From Patescibacteria group bacterium (GTDB lineage Bacteria; Patescibacteriota; Minisyncoccia; Phycocordibacterales; JACOZG01), in NCBI GenBank assembly GCA_038064435.1, contig JBBTTC010000011.1, forward strand, positions 1 to 55,095: 55,095 bases of DNA, in the 5' to 3' direction. Position 1 is the stretch's first letter, and each line of letters begins with the position of its first letter. The notes beneath the pieces were generated by a model. It was not told the DNA's origin. It saw only the letters and a list, made by a program, of their open reading frames with translations, and made no database searches. The position numbers were made by a program, and so were the translations under genes. Positions 36,599 through 46,486 of the stretch are shown here, piece by piece.

Positions 36599-37612
36599 AT
36601 GGGTCTGTTCGTGCGTCAATTGGGCATCGATTTGGGTACGGCCAATACCTTGGTCTTTGTGCCCGGCAAGGGGATCGTACTTAATGAACCGTCCGTCGTG
36701 GCGGTTTCGCTCATCAACAATCGTATCGTGGCTGTGGGGGCGGAAGCCAAGTTGATGGTCGGCAAAACGCCCGACACCATTACTGCCTATCGGCCAATGA
36801 AGGACGGGGTGATTGCGGATTACCGTGTGACCGAGGCCATGCTCCGGTATTACATCAGTAAGGCACTTGGCCGCGTGCATTTATGGAAGCCGGACGTGAT
36901 GATCTCGGTGCCGGCTGGCGTGACGTCTACTGAGCGACGGGCAGTGATCGAGGCGGCCATGAAGGCGGGCGCTAAGAATGCCTATGTGGTGAAGGAACCA
37001 ATTTTGGCGGCCATCGGGGCTGGTGTGCCGATTCAGGAAGCGCGCGGGCATATGATTGTGGATATTGGCGGTGGCACTACCGATGTGGCGGTGATCTCAC
37101 TTGGCGGCATTGTGGCTGCCACTTCGGTTAAGCACGCGGGCAATAAAATTGATCAAGCCATTACTGATTATATTAAAAAAACTTTCAACTTATCGATCGG
37201 CGACAAAACGGCCGAGGAGGTAAAAATAAAAATTGGTTCGGCGGTGCCGATTGAGGAAGAATTGGTGCATACCATCAAGGGGCGTGACTTAATGTCGGGC
37301 TTACCGCGTTTTGCCGAAATTCGCACCAATGAAATTGTGCGGGCGATTGACGGAGAATTGCGCGAAGTAATTAAGGCGATTAAAACTGTTTTTCAAGACA
37401 CACCACCGGAGCTCGCGGCCGACATTATTGACTACGGTATCATCATGTCGGGCGGGTCATCCCTACTCCGCAACTTGGCCGAATTGGTGTACCGTCGCAC
37501 GGGGGTGAAAGCCATCGTGGCCGACGATGCCCTTTACTGTGTGGCCAAAGGCACCGGTGTGGCTCTCGAGCATTTGGGCACTTACAAAAAAAGTATTCTC
37601 TCCAAGCGCTAA
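36599..37612 (+). CDS. mreB: Rod shape-determining actin homologue
   Basis: GIDLGTANT, EPSVVA, RPMKDGVIAD, DIGGGTT, TPPELAAD. Confidence 0.96.
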   Translation: MGLFVRQLGIDLGTANTLVFVPGKGIVLNEPSVVAVSLINNRIVAVGAEAKLMVGKTPDTITAYRPMKDGVIADYRVTEAMLRYYISKALGRVHLWKPDVMISVPAGVTSTERRAVIEAAMKAGAKNAYVVKEPILAAIGAGVPIQEARGHMIVDIGGGTTDVAVISLGGIVAATSVKHAGNKIDQAITDYIKKTFNLSIGDKTAEEVKIKIGSAVPIEEELVHTIKGRDLMSGLPRFAEIRTNEIVRAIDGELREVIKAIKTVFQDTPPELAADIIDYGIIMSGGSSLLRNLAELVYRRTGVKAIVADDALYCVAKGTGVALEHLGTYKKSILSKR

Positions 37613-37676
37613 AACGTGCCAAAACGCTAAACTTTCATGTACCACTAACTCACGATCGGAAATTATTGGGACAATA

Positions 37677-37702
37677 AAAAAGCCCATCCGCGGCGGATGG
37701 GC
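37677..37702 (-). terminator. Intrinsic terminator
   Basis: GCCCATCCG-N3-CGGATGGGC stem with a minus-strand T run. Confidence 0.7.
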
Positions 37703-37855
37703 GTGAGGGAGCGAGTTGGCGGAGAACGAGACTATGTTTCCAGAATGTTTTGACAACGAATTACTGTGGTGGCCAGTCCATTCCTGATAACGTCACTCAA
37801 TAAAATAAAGTGATCACCAGAACGAAGTGAGCCGATCAATATCAGTGACCATCTT
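37677..37855 (-). ncRNA. Candidate ~180-nt small RNA (or micro-ORF transcript)
   Basis: Bounded by a strong promoter and a terminator; ATG-initiated ORFs inside are only 12 and 6 codons. Confidence 0.4.
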
Positions 37856-37860
37856 TATCA

Positions 37861-37890
37861 ATTATACACCCCCTCAGCGTGTTGTGTCAA
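37861..37890 (-). promoter_or_regulatory. sigma70 promoter TTGACA-N18-TATAAT
   Basis: Plus strand ATTATA at 37861-37866 and TGTCAA at 37885-37890. Confidence 0.7.
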
Positions 37891-37927
37891 TAGCGTGGGA
37901 TTTGGTAGATTTTGGTAGATTATAGGC

Positions 37928-38611
37928 ATGGAAAAATTGATGGGGTTGAGGGCGGTGTTGGAAAATTTTAAGCGCACGGGTTTTTTGCATCATGCCCATT
38001 TATTAATCGGTCGGCCGGAGGAGTTGGCAGAAGAAGTTGCTGAGCGACTAAAAATTTTGGGCGATGACGTTATGCTTGATTTTTTTGATAGTTTTACTAT
38101 TGACGATAGTCGGCGTTTGGCCGAGCGCCAAGCGCGTCGACCGCGAGTGGGCGAGCGACAATTCTTTGTTTTGTCTATTCACGTTATTAGCCATGAGGCC
38201 CAGCAGGCCTTGCTCAAGGTGCTCGAAGAACCAACGGCGGGAACGCATTTTTTTCTGATCATGACGGAAAAGGCCAGACTCTTACCCACGGTATTATCAC
38301 GATTAGTAGTACTGAACGGGGCGGATGATGGTGCGCATACCGGCGTGGCGGACCATTTTTTGTCCTTAGCTCCGGAGAAGCGTTTGGTTATGACGGAGTC
38401 ACTATTGGCGGAAGCGAAGTCTAGTGGCAACAAGCAGAGATTGTTTGATTTTCTCGATAGTTTAGAGTTGGCGTTGGCCACGGTCAGCGAGCAGTCGGCA
38501 CGGCAGATTTTTGCTTGTCGGAGTTATTTACGAAGTAGTGGTTCTGCACCTAAACTTATTTTTGAGCATTTGGCTTTAACTTTGCCTGCCGTCGATAAGG
38601 TGTTAAAATAG
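37928..38611 (+). CDS. holB: DNA polymerase III delta-prime-like clamp loader subunit (short)
   Basis: HHAHLLIG, EAQQALLKVLEEP, LLPTVLSR. Confidence 0.8.
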   Translation: MEKLMGLRAVLENFKRTGFLHHAHLLIGRPEELAEEVAERLKILGDDVMLDFFDSFTIDDSRRLAERQARRPRVGERQFFVLSIHVISHEAQQALLKVLEEPTAGTHFFLIMTEKARLLPTVLSRLVVLNGADDGAHTGVADHFLSLAPEKRLVMTESLLAEAKSSGNKQRLFDFLDSLELALATVSEQSARQIFACRSYLRSSGSAPKLIFEHLALTLPAVDKVLK

Positions 38612-38621
38612 TAATATCGTC

Positions 38622-39173
38622 ATGGCTTATAACTTTTCTGCTTTCAAACTTAAATTGCGTGAAATCGAAGAGCGTTTCCAGCGGCAGTTGCAGACGGTGC
38701 GCACGGGTCAGGTATCACCGCGATTGCTTGATGGCGTGATCATTAAAACTACTGGCGGCGATATGCCAGTTAATCACCTTGGTTCAGTGGCGCTCGAGAA
38801 CCAGCGCGTATTACGAATTACCCCTTGGGATAAAGCGCAGATTAAAGTTATTGATTCGAGTATCCAGGCCGCTAATTTGGGCGTGTCGGTAGTGTTGGAT
38901 GGTGCTAGCCTTAGGATTATTGTGCCGGAATTAACCAATGAGCGTCGGCAGGCGATGGTTAAGATTGTTAAAAAAGAACTCGAAGAGGCGCGCATCGCCC
39001 TGCGGCGCGAGCGAGAAAAAGTTTGGAACGATATTCAGTCCGCCGCCGCGGATGGGCATTTGTCGGAGGATGAGAAGTTTAAAGGCAAAAACGACTTACA
39101 AAAGCTCATCGATGAGGCTAATCACGTGCTCGATGACCAAGCGGCACGCAAAGAAAAAGAAATACTCGGTTAA
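38622..39173 (+). CDS. frr: Ribosome recycling factor
   Basis: VRTG, ITPWDK, PELTNERR, KEKEIL. Confidence 0.95.
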   Translation: MAYNFSAFKLKLREIEERFQRQLQTVRTGQVSPRLLDGVIIKTTGGDMPVNHLGSVALENQRVLRITPWDKAQIKVIDSSIQAANLGVSVVLDGASLRIIVPELTNERRQAMVKIVKKELEEARIALRREREKVWNDIQSAAADGHLSEDEKFKGKNDLQKLIDEANHVLDDQAARKEKEILG

Positions 39174-39181
39174 TTTAAAGT

Positions 39182-40279
39182 ATGAGCATTATTTTGTTTG
39201 TTGTTATTTTGGCTCTGTTGATTTTATCGCACGAATTTGGTCATTTTATTGTGGCCAAAAAACTTGGCGTTCGCGTGGATGAGTTTGGTTTGGGTTTTCC
39301 GCCTCGTCTGGCTAGCTTCCGGCGGGGCGAAACAGTTTATTCACTCAATTGGTTGCCGTTTGGCGGTTTTGTTAAAATTTTTGGTGAGAATCCAGACACC
39401 GATTCTTTAGCTGGACCCGATAGCCAGCGGAGTTTGATCAACAAGCCCAAGTGGGCAAGGGCTGCGGTTTTAGCTGGTGGTGTGTTTTTTAATTTTTTAC
39501 TAGCTTGGCTATTGATTAGTTTGGGGTTGGCTACGGTTGGTATGCCCACGGCCGCCGGTGCTTTAGAATCGGGTCAAAAGTTAGAGAATGTGCGTTTGTT
39601 GATCACCTCGGTTTTGCCCGATTCGCCGGCCGCCCAAGCTGGCCTGGCGGCCGGCGACGAAATTCGCGGCGCCCGTTCGGACGCCGCTCAATTGGACGCC
39701 TTAACGGTTGGTGCCTTCCAAACCGTCGTTGCTGGCGCGCCCGACGAAGTGATGGTTACTTACCGTCGTCAAGAAAAAGATGTTGAAATTGTAATTCATC
39801 CAGCGCGTGGACTAATTGATGATCGGCCAGCTATCGGCGTGGGTATTGATGAGATTGGAACTTTGCGTTTACCAATAATCCAAGCCATTGCCTCTGGTGG
39901 GCGTACGACCGGCAATTTAATGGTTTTAACCACCTCGGCTTTTGGTGATTTTTTTGCTCGTCTCTGGCGGGGTGCCGAAGTGCTGTCGTCTGTCACTGGG
40001 CCGGTGGGTTTGGTCGGCTTGGTGGGCGAAGCGAGCGGTCTTGGTCTGGCTTATCTATTAAGTTTTACCGCCTTAATTTCTATCAATCTGGGGATTTTAA
40101 ATCTTCTGCCCTTTCCGGCGCTTGATGGCGGCCGTTTGTTCTTTTTGTTGATCGAAGCAATCAAGGGTTCGCCTATTCGTCCGGCTCTGGCCAATGCCTT
40201 TAACCTAGTTGGCTTTGCTTTGCTGTTGTTGTTGATGCTGGCCGTCACTTATTCAGATATCATCAAATTATTGGTTTGA
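39182..40279 (+). CDS. rseP: RseP-like M50 site-2 intramembrane protease with PDZ
   Basis: HEFGH, LPFGGFV, SPAAQAGL (PDZ), NLLPFPALDGG. Confidence 0.92.
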   Translation: MSIILFVVILALLILSHEFGHFIVAKKLGVRVDEFGLGFPPRLASFRRGETVYSLNWLPFGGFVKIFGENPDTDSLAGPDSQRSLINKPKWARAAVLAGGVFFNFLLAWLLISLGLATVGMPTAAGALESGQKLENVRLLITSVLPDSPAAQAGLAAGDEIRGARSDAAQLDALTVGAFQTVVAGAPDEVMVTYRRQEKDVEIVIHPARGLIDDRPAIGVGIDEIGTLRLPIIQAIASGGRTTGNLMVLTTSAFGDFFARLWRGAEVLSSVTGPVGLVGLVGEASGLGLAYLLSFTALISINLGILNLLPFPALDGGRLFFLLIEAIKGSPIRPALANAFNLVGFALLLLLMLAVTYSDIIKLLV

Positions 40280-40327
40280 TTAGGGCACTAAATGTGCTAA
40301 AATGAAGAAGTAAGTTTGGCTATTGAA

Positions 40328-42313
40328 ATGGCCAAAAATATGGCTAAAACTGATCAAAAAAGTCGTAAATACGGCGCGGAAGAAATTGTTGTTTTAGAAG
40401 GTCTGGAACCGGTTCGCAAACGGCCGGGCATGTATATTGGTTCCACCGGTCCAGATGGCTTGCATCATCTGTTGGTTGAGATTTTTGATAACTCGCGTGA
40501 CGAGGCCATGAGCGGCGCTTGCGACGAGATCGAGGTGGCTCTGCTTCCCGATCATGTGGTTCGAGTGGCCGACAACGGTGCCGGTATCCCGGTGGAAATT
40601 CATTCCAAAACAAAAGTCTCGGCCTTGGAAACAGTCATGACGGTTTTGCATGCCGGCGGTAAGTTTGAGGGCGAGGGTTACAAAATTTCTGGCGGCTTGC
40701 ATGGTGTCGGTGCTTCAGTCGTTAATGCCTTAGCGCGTTGGCTCAAGGTGGTGGTGCGGCGCGACGGTGGTCGTTATCAGCAGGAGTATCGGCGCGGCAT
40801 GCCTGAGAGTAAGGTCAAAAAAATTGGTCCCGACGACCAGCATGGAACAGTTGTAACTTTTCGTCCCGACGAGACCATTTTTTCTTCGCTTGATTATGAT
40901 TGGGGTAGAATTTTAACTTATCTCCGCGGTCAGGCCTACCTAGTAAAGGGTTTGCGTGTGCGTTTAATCGACGCGCGAGCATACGACGGCAAAATCGATG
41001 ACGATGGTGTGATCTATCTCAAGGAATTGAGATTAGAATTGCCGTCCGAGTCATTCTATTTCGAGGGTGGTTTGGTGTCGATGGTGCGGTTTTATAATCA
41101 GCACGAAAAACCAATTCACCGTAATGTTTTCTACGTCGAGAAAGAGATCGATAACGTGACGGTGGAAGTGGCTTTCCAATACGTTGATGACATTACCGCG
41201 CGTGAATTAAGTTTTGCCAATAATATTGCCACTGCCGAGGGCGGGAGCCATCTCACTGGTTTTCGTACTGCCTTGACCCGCACACTCAATGATTACTGTC
41301 GACAAAATAATTTGCTTAAGGAATCGGCTGGTAATTTTACCGGCGATGATGTGCGTGAGGGTATTACCTCGGTGGTGGCAGTTAAGTTGCGCAACCCGCA
41401 ATTTGAGGGTCAGACCAAAGCCAAATTGGGTAATGTGGAAGTGCGCGGCGCGGTGGAGACGGTTTTTGCTACCGCTTTAGCCGCGTTTTTGGAAGAAAAT
41501 CCCGATGACGCACGGTCTGTTGTGAATAAGGTGGTATTGGCGCTCGAAGCGCGCCGGGCCGCCAAGGCGGCTAAAGACAGCGTGTTGCGCAAGGGAGCAT
41601 TAGAAGGTATGACCTTGCCTGGCAAGTTGGCTGATTGCCAAACTAAAGATGCCGCCGAAGCCGAACTGTTTATCGTTGAGGGTGATTCGGCCGGTGGTTC
41701 GGGCAAACAGGGCCGCGATCGGCGCACGCAAGCCATCTTGCCGCTGAAGGGAAAAATTTTAAATGTCGAGCGCGCGCGGCTCGACAAAATGTTGGCGTTT
41801 AAAGAGATTAAATCGCTGATCATCGCTCTCGGCACTTCGATTGGAGAAGGTTTTGACCTTGGTCGGTTGCGCTATCATAAAATCATTATCGCTACCGATG
41901 CCGACGTTGATGGCGCTCACATTCGTACCCTGCTACTGACGCTTTTTTATCGTTACTTTCGTCCGCTAATTGATGGTGGTTATTTATATATTGCCCAACC
42001 GCCGCTATATAAACTAAAAAAGGGTAAAGATACGGCTTACGCCTACACTGATCAGGATAAGGATCAGCAAATAAAAAAATGGGGAGTGAACGCCGATGAT
42101 GTCTCTATCCAACGCTACAAAGGTTTGGGCGAAATGAATCCGGAGCAGTTATGGGAAACAACCATGGATCCCGAACAACGAACGCTTAAGCAGGTGGCTG
42201 TTGGTGAGGCCGCCGAAGCTGATCGGGTGTTTGTGACCTTGATGGGTGATGAGATTGAACCGAGGAAAATTTTTATCCAGACTCACGCACGATTAGCCAA
42301 TTTGGACGTTTGA
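40328..42313 (+). CDS. gyrB: DNA gyrase subunit B
   Basis: VRKRPGMYIG, SGGLHGVG, EGDSAGG, PLKGK, DADVDG, RYKGLGEM, C-terminal NLDV. Confidence 0.95.
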   Translation: MAKNMAKTDQKSRKYGAEEIVVLEGLEPVRKRPGMYIGSTGPDGLHHLLVEIFDNSRDEAMSGACDEIEVALLPDHVVRVADNGAGIPVEIHSKTKVSALETVMTVLHAGGKFEGEGYKISGGLHGVGASVVNALARWLKVVVRRDGGRYQQEYRRGMPESKVKKIGPDDQHGTVVTFRPDETIFSSLDYDWGRILTYLRGQAYLVKGLRVRLIDARAYDGKIDDDGVIYLKELRLELPSESFYFEGGLVSMVRFYNQHEKPIHRNVFYVEKEIDNVTVEVAFQYVDDITARELSFANNIATAEGGSHLTGFRTALTRTLNDYCRQNNLLKESAGNFTGDDVREGITSVVAVKLRNPQFEGQTKAKLGNVEVRGAVETVFATALAAFLEENPDDARSVVNKVVLALEARRAAKAAKDSVLRKGALEGMTLPGKLADCQTKDAAEAELFIVEGDSAGGSGKQGRDRRTQAILPLKGKILNVERARLDKMLAFKEIKSLIIALGTSIGEGFDLGRLRYHKIIIATDADVDGAHIRTLLLTLFYRYFRPLIDGGYLYIAQPPLYKLKKGKDTAYAYTDQDKDQQIKKWGVNADDVSIQRYKGLGEMNPEQLWETTMDPEQRTLKQVAVGEAAEADRVFVTLMGDEIEPRKIFIQTHARLANLDV

Positions 42314-42314
42314 T

Positions 42315-44936
42315 ATGGTCAAATCGGAGCGGTGGTATCGGTTTGAGCCAGCAGCCGCCGCGATGCGCTTGGGCTCCGATTTGGCAGCTGGCTTAGCACC
42401 AACCGAAGCGCAGAGACGTTTGACCAAGAGTGGTAGTAATGCTCTTCCCGCGCCAGAACGGATTAGTCTTGGTGTATTCATTTGGCGCCAACTCAAGAGC
42501 CCGTTGCTTTTTATTTTAATTCTAGCCGGCGCAGTAACGGCCTGGCTACGTGAGTTTGCCGACACTATTGTTATCGCCACGGTGGTGACCCTCAATACCG
42601 GTTTGGGCGCTTGGCAGGAGTGGCGAGCTCATCGCGCTTTTCATAATCTTTGGTCGGCTGGTCGTAATTATGCCGCGGTAATCCGCGGCGGGGCCAAAAG
42701 TTTGGTGCCGATAGAGAAGGTGGTGGTGGGTGATCTGGTGGTGCTTACTTCGGGGGATCAGGTGCCAGCCGATGGGCGATTGATAGAGGCCAACAATTTG
42801 CTGGTCAGCGAGGCGGCGCTAACGGGTGAGTGGTTGTCGGTGTTTAAAAGTATTGAGACTATTCATCGCGATGTTCGTCTCACTGAACAAGCAAACATGG
42901 TCTGGTCGGGAACCATGGTAACCGGTGGGCGCGGTTTAGTGTTGGTGACCGCTACTGGTATTGGTACCGAGTTGGGGCGGATTGCCGTAGCCACCGGCGT
43001 CGCCACTGAAGAAGCTACGCCCTTCCAGCGCGGTATTCATCGGTTGGCACGCTGGATTAGCCTAGTTATTTTTGGTTTGATCGCTGTGATTTTTGCTCTA
43101 GGTTATTGGCGCGGCGTGCCGGCGGGAGAGATGTTACTCACTTCCATTGCCATTGCTGTGGCGGCTATTCCTTCTGGTTTGCCGGTAGCGGTAACAGTCA
43201 CTTTGGCTATTGGTTTGGAAAATATTTTGCGCCGTGGTGGTTTGGTTAAAAATTTGTTGGCGGCCGAGACTTTGGGCAATACGACAGTCATTTTGACTGA
43301 TAAAACTGGCACGTTGACGCAGGCTAAAATGGCTGTGACGACGGTGGAAACTCGCTCGGGCCAAATTCAGGATCGGCAAAAAACTCTCACCATTGCTTTG
43401 GCTACTATTGAGGCGTTTGTGAACAATACCGAGGAAACCTATCCACCAGCTGTGGTTGGGCGGCCAATAGAGAAGGCGATCCTGTTGTACGCGCTTGATC
43501 AAGGTCTCGATCCCAATATTCTTCTCAACCCTGCTCATCGTCTTGATTTTTTGCCGTTTAACTCCGGTCAGCGTTTGGCTGTGGCTTTGCAAGCGGCTGG
43601 CCACGATGGGAACAACACCTTGTGTCTCCTCGGCGCGCCCGAACTACTTCTTAAGCATTCAACGCATTACTTAATGGCTGGTCATGCTAAAACCATGTCG
43701 TCGGCGGATCGTCATTTTTTTCAGTCTATTTACGAGGCGTCGGCGGCCCGGGGGTCACGTTTAGTGGCTGTGGCTTACCGGTCGGTGACTTGGACGCGGT
43801 TGTTGGGGTCCAATGTTTGGCTTAGCGATTTGGTGATGGCCGGCTTGATCATTCTCGATGATCCACTGCGGCCCGATGTTACCGAGGCGATCGAGGCCGC
43901 CAGCTCGGCTGGTATTAAAATTGTGATGGTCACGGGCGATAACGCCATCACGGCTCGCAAAGTAGCCGAGGAGACCGGCATTATTGACGTTGGTGCACGG
44001 GTGTTAACCGGCGATGAGCTCGAAAAAATGAGCGAGACCGAACGACATTCACTCATTAAAACCGGCCGTGTTTTTGGCCGGATGTTGCCGGAAGACAAAC
44101 TGGCTATTTTGCAATCATTCCGCGCGCAGGGGGAGATCGTGGCCATGACGGGCGACGGTATCAATGATGCGCCCGCCCTCCGACACGCCGATATTGGTAT
44201 CGCCCTTGGCTCGGGCACGGCCGTGGCGCGCGAGGCGGCCGATCTGGTTTTGGTCAACGATAGTTTCAGCGTCATTGTGGCGGCCATTGAGGAGGGCCGG
44301 CGTTTACTCGATAATTTAAAGAAGATGTCGGCCTATTTGCTTTCCACTGGTTTTAGCGAAATTATTATTGTCGGTGGCGCTTTAACTTTGGGTTTGGCTG
44401 TGCCGATTTTACCCACCCAAATTCTTTGGACCAATGTGGTGGAGGAGGGTTTTATGGCTATTGCTTTTGCCTTTGAGCCCGGACGCAATTTATTGCGTCG
44501 TTCACCACAACGAGCGTCGGCGCAAACTATTTTGACTCCAGCCATTCGTCGTTTGGTTTTGGTGATCGCCGCCGTTACTGGCCTTTTGGCACTGATGATT
44601 TATGTTTTCTTGCAGTCAATCTTACCTCTTGGTCAGGTACGAACCATCATGTTTGCCTTACTCTCGGTTGATTCGCTCTTTTTTGCTTTTGCCCTTAAGG
44701 ATTTAGCGCGGCCCATTTGGCGCATTTCTTTGGTTTCCAATCGTTATCTTATCGGTGGGTTGGTGGCGAGTTTGGGTTTTTTGTCCCTTGCCTTGTTTGT
44801 TGAGCCAGTTAGCCAACTTCTCAATGTTGAACCACTGGGTGGTTTAACCATCACATTGATTTTGTTGTTTAGTTTGGTTAATCTCATCATTATTGAGACG
44901 GTCAAATATTTAATTTTTCGACGCTATGAACATTAG
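42315..44936 (+). CDS. P-type cation-transporting ATPase (type II-like) with atypical ion-site motifs
   Basis: VPADG, DKTGTLT, TGDN, TGDGINDAPAL, and multiple TM helices. Confidence 0.9.
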   Translation: MVKSERWYRFEPAAAAMRLGSDLAAGLAPTEAQRRLTKSGSNALPAPERISLGVFIWRQLKSPLLFILILAGAVTAWLREFADTIVIATVVTLNTGLGAWQEWRAHRAFHNLWSAGRNYAAVIRGGAKSLVPIEKVVVGDLVVLTSGDQVPADGRLIEANNLLVSEAALTGEWLSVFKSIETIHRDVRLTEQANMVWSGTMVTGGRGLVLVTATGIGTELGRIAVATGVATEEATPFQRGIHRLARWISLVIFGLIAVIFALGYWRGVPAGEMLLTSIAIAVAAIPSGLPVAVTVTLAIGLENILRRGGLVKNLLAAETLGNTTVILTDKTGTLTQAKMAVTTVETRSGQIQDRQKTLTIALATIEAFVNNTEETYPPAVVGRPIEKAILLYALDQGLDPNILLNPAHRLDFLPFNSGQRLAVALQAAGHDGNNTLCLLGAPELLLKHSTHYLMAGHAKTMSSADRHFFQSIYEASAARGSRLVAVAYRSVTWTRLLGSNVWLSDLVMAGLIILDDPLRPDVTEAIEAASSAGIKIVMVTGDNAITARKVAEETGIIDVGARVLTGDELEKMSETERHSLIKTGRVFGRMLPEDKLAILQSFRAQGEIVAMTGDGINDAPALRHADIGIALGSGTAVAREAADLVLVNDSFSVIVAAIEEGRRLLDNLKKMSAYLLSTGFSEIIIVGGALTLGLAVPILPTQILWTNVVEEGFMAIAFAFEPGRNLLRRSPQRASAQTILTPAIRRLVLVIAAVTGLLALMIYVFLQSILPLGQVRTIMFALLSVDSLFFAFALKDLARPIWRISLVSNRYLIGGLVASLGFLSLALFVEPVSQLLNVEPLGGLTITLILLFSLVNLIIIETVKYLIFRRYEH

Positions 44937-46005
44937 TCAGGGTGAATTGGTCTTGGGTTTTGGTTTATTGGTTTTGGCAGTTTTATTGTGGTGGCGTTTG
45001 CCACGGCGAACGGTGGGTGATCAGCCCGATGGTTCCATGCTCCTTCTCCAGAACCAACTCAATGAATTAGTGCGGGCCAATAGCGATCTGGGCCGCCTAA
45101 TTGATAGTCGCTTGTCGGATTCCAGCAAGCTGGTTAACGAGTCACTTCGTCTTCATTCCACGGAGTCAGGACGACTGATTCGCGAGGTATCGGTCGAGAT
45201 GGCGAAAATTGGCGAGACTAATAAGCAGGTGGTTGGCTTTACCGAACAGCTGCGCTCACTTCAAGATATGTTGAAAAATCCTAAACAGCGCGGTATTTTA
45301 GGGGAATATTATCTGGAAACTTTACTGAAAAATGTTTTGCCAGTCGGTAGCTACCAAATGCAGTATGCTTTTCGTGACGGTACGATCGTTGATGCCATGG
45401 TGCGAGTACGCGATAAAATTATTCCGATTGATTCCAAGTTTTCGCTTGAGAATTACAATCGACTGGTAGAAGAAACTAATCCGGCTGAGCGCGAGCGATT
45501 GGAAAAACTATTTAAATCCGATCTCAAAAATCGTATTGACGAGACGTCTAAATATATCAAACCCGAAGAGGGGACCATGGACTTTGCTTTTATGTTCATT
45601 CCGCACGAGGCCATTTATTATGATTTGCTGGTGGCTCAAGTTGGCGCCATTAAAATTAATACCCGTGATTTAGTCGAGTATGCTTTCAAAGACAAGCGAG
45701 TGATTATTGTTTCGCCCACTTCGTTTTTGGCTTATTTACAAACCGTTTTGCAAGGACTCAAGGCGTTGCAGATCGAAGAGTCGGCCAAGGAGATCGGCCG
45801 TAAGGTGGAAGAGTTGGCGCGCCATCTCTCGGCCTACGATCAATACATGTCCAAGCTCGGAGTAACTCTTGGCACAACGGTTGGACACTACAACGAGGCT
45901 TACAAAAAGTTCCGCAGTATTGATAAAGACATCACCAAAATCACCGGCACGCCGATTGGCATCGAGCCCACCCTTCTCGATCGGCCTAATGAGGCAGGGG
46001 AATAA
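44926..46005 (+). CDS. rmuC: DNA recombination protein RmuC
   Basis: TM + coiled coil; KQRGILGE, IDSKF, DFAFMFIP, VSPTS. Confidence 0.92.
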   Translation: MNISQGELVLGFGLLVLAVLLWWRLPRRTVGDQPDGSMLLLQNQLNELVRANSDLGRLIDSRLSDSSKLVNESLRLHSTESGRLIREVSVEMAKIGETNKQVVGFTEQLRSLQDMLKNPKQRGILGEYYLETLLKNVLPVGSYQMQYAFRDGTIVDAMVRVRDKIIPIDSKFSLENYNRLVEETNPAERERLEKLFKSDLKNRIDETSKYIKPEEGTMDFAFMFIPHEAIYYDLLVAQVGAIKINTRDLVEYAFKDKRVIIVSPTSFLAYLQTVLQGLKALQIEESAKEIGRKVEELARHLSAYDQYMSKLGVTLGTTVGHYNEAYKKFRSIDKDITKITGTPIGIEPTLLDRPNEAGE

Positions 46006-46048
46006 GAGATATTGTATTTAATTTTGCTGTCGGATAAAATATCTTGTT

Positions 46049-46399
46049 ATGACCAAGAAAGAAATCGCCGAAATTCTAAAGCCCTATAACGAAGATATAA
46101 AGCGTCACATGGGGGCGCTGATTGAGCATTCCGAAGCAACGGTAAATATCGTCAAACAAGAATTTTCTGGACTAAACAAAAGGATGGATAACTTTGGCTT
46201 AGAACTTGCCGGAGTAAAAAAGATACTCGATTCACACACCGTAACTCTAAATTCCCATGGCGAGGCATTAGCTTCTCACACTGAAACATTGAACTCTCAC
46301 ACCGAGATGATCGGCCAAATTTTGGTTGAAGTTGAAGAAATCAAGGGCGAATTGAAACACAAAGTAGATTACAAAGATTTTTTACGGAAAGCGTCTTGA
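46049..46399 (+). CDS. Small coiled-coil heptad-repeat protein
   Basis: LDSHTVT-LNSHGEA-LASHTET-LNSHTEM heptads. Confidence 0.65.
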   Translation: MTKKEIAEILKPYNEDIKRHMGALIEHSEATVNIVKQEFSGLNKRMDNFGLELAGVKKILDSHTVTLNSHGEALASHTETLNSHTEMIGQILVEVEEIKGELKHKVDYKDFLRKAS

Positions 46400-46440
46400 C
46401 AGCCGTTAATTAAAGTCGGATTTATATTCTCGGGTAATAT

Positions 46441-46474
46441 AAAAAAGGCCGCTTCACGATTTATAAAGCGGCCT
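46441..46474 (-). terminator. Intrinsic terminator between convergent genes
   Basis: AGGCCGCTT/AAGCGGCCT stem with a minus-strand T run. Confidence 0.65.
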
Positions 46475-46486
46475 GCCCAGTTTTAG

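Noticed and set aside
37898-37921. Tandem TTTGGTAGAT x2 upstream of holB
   Set aside because: Two 10-bp copies only; this duplicates the extended -10 region and is not an array.
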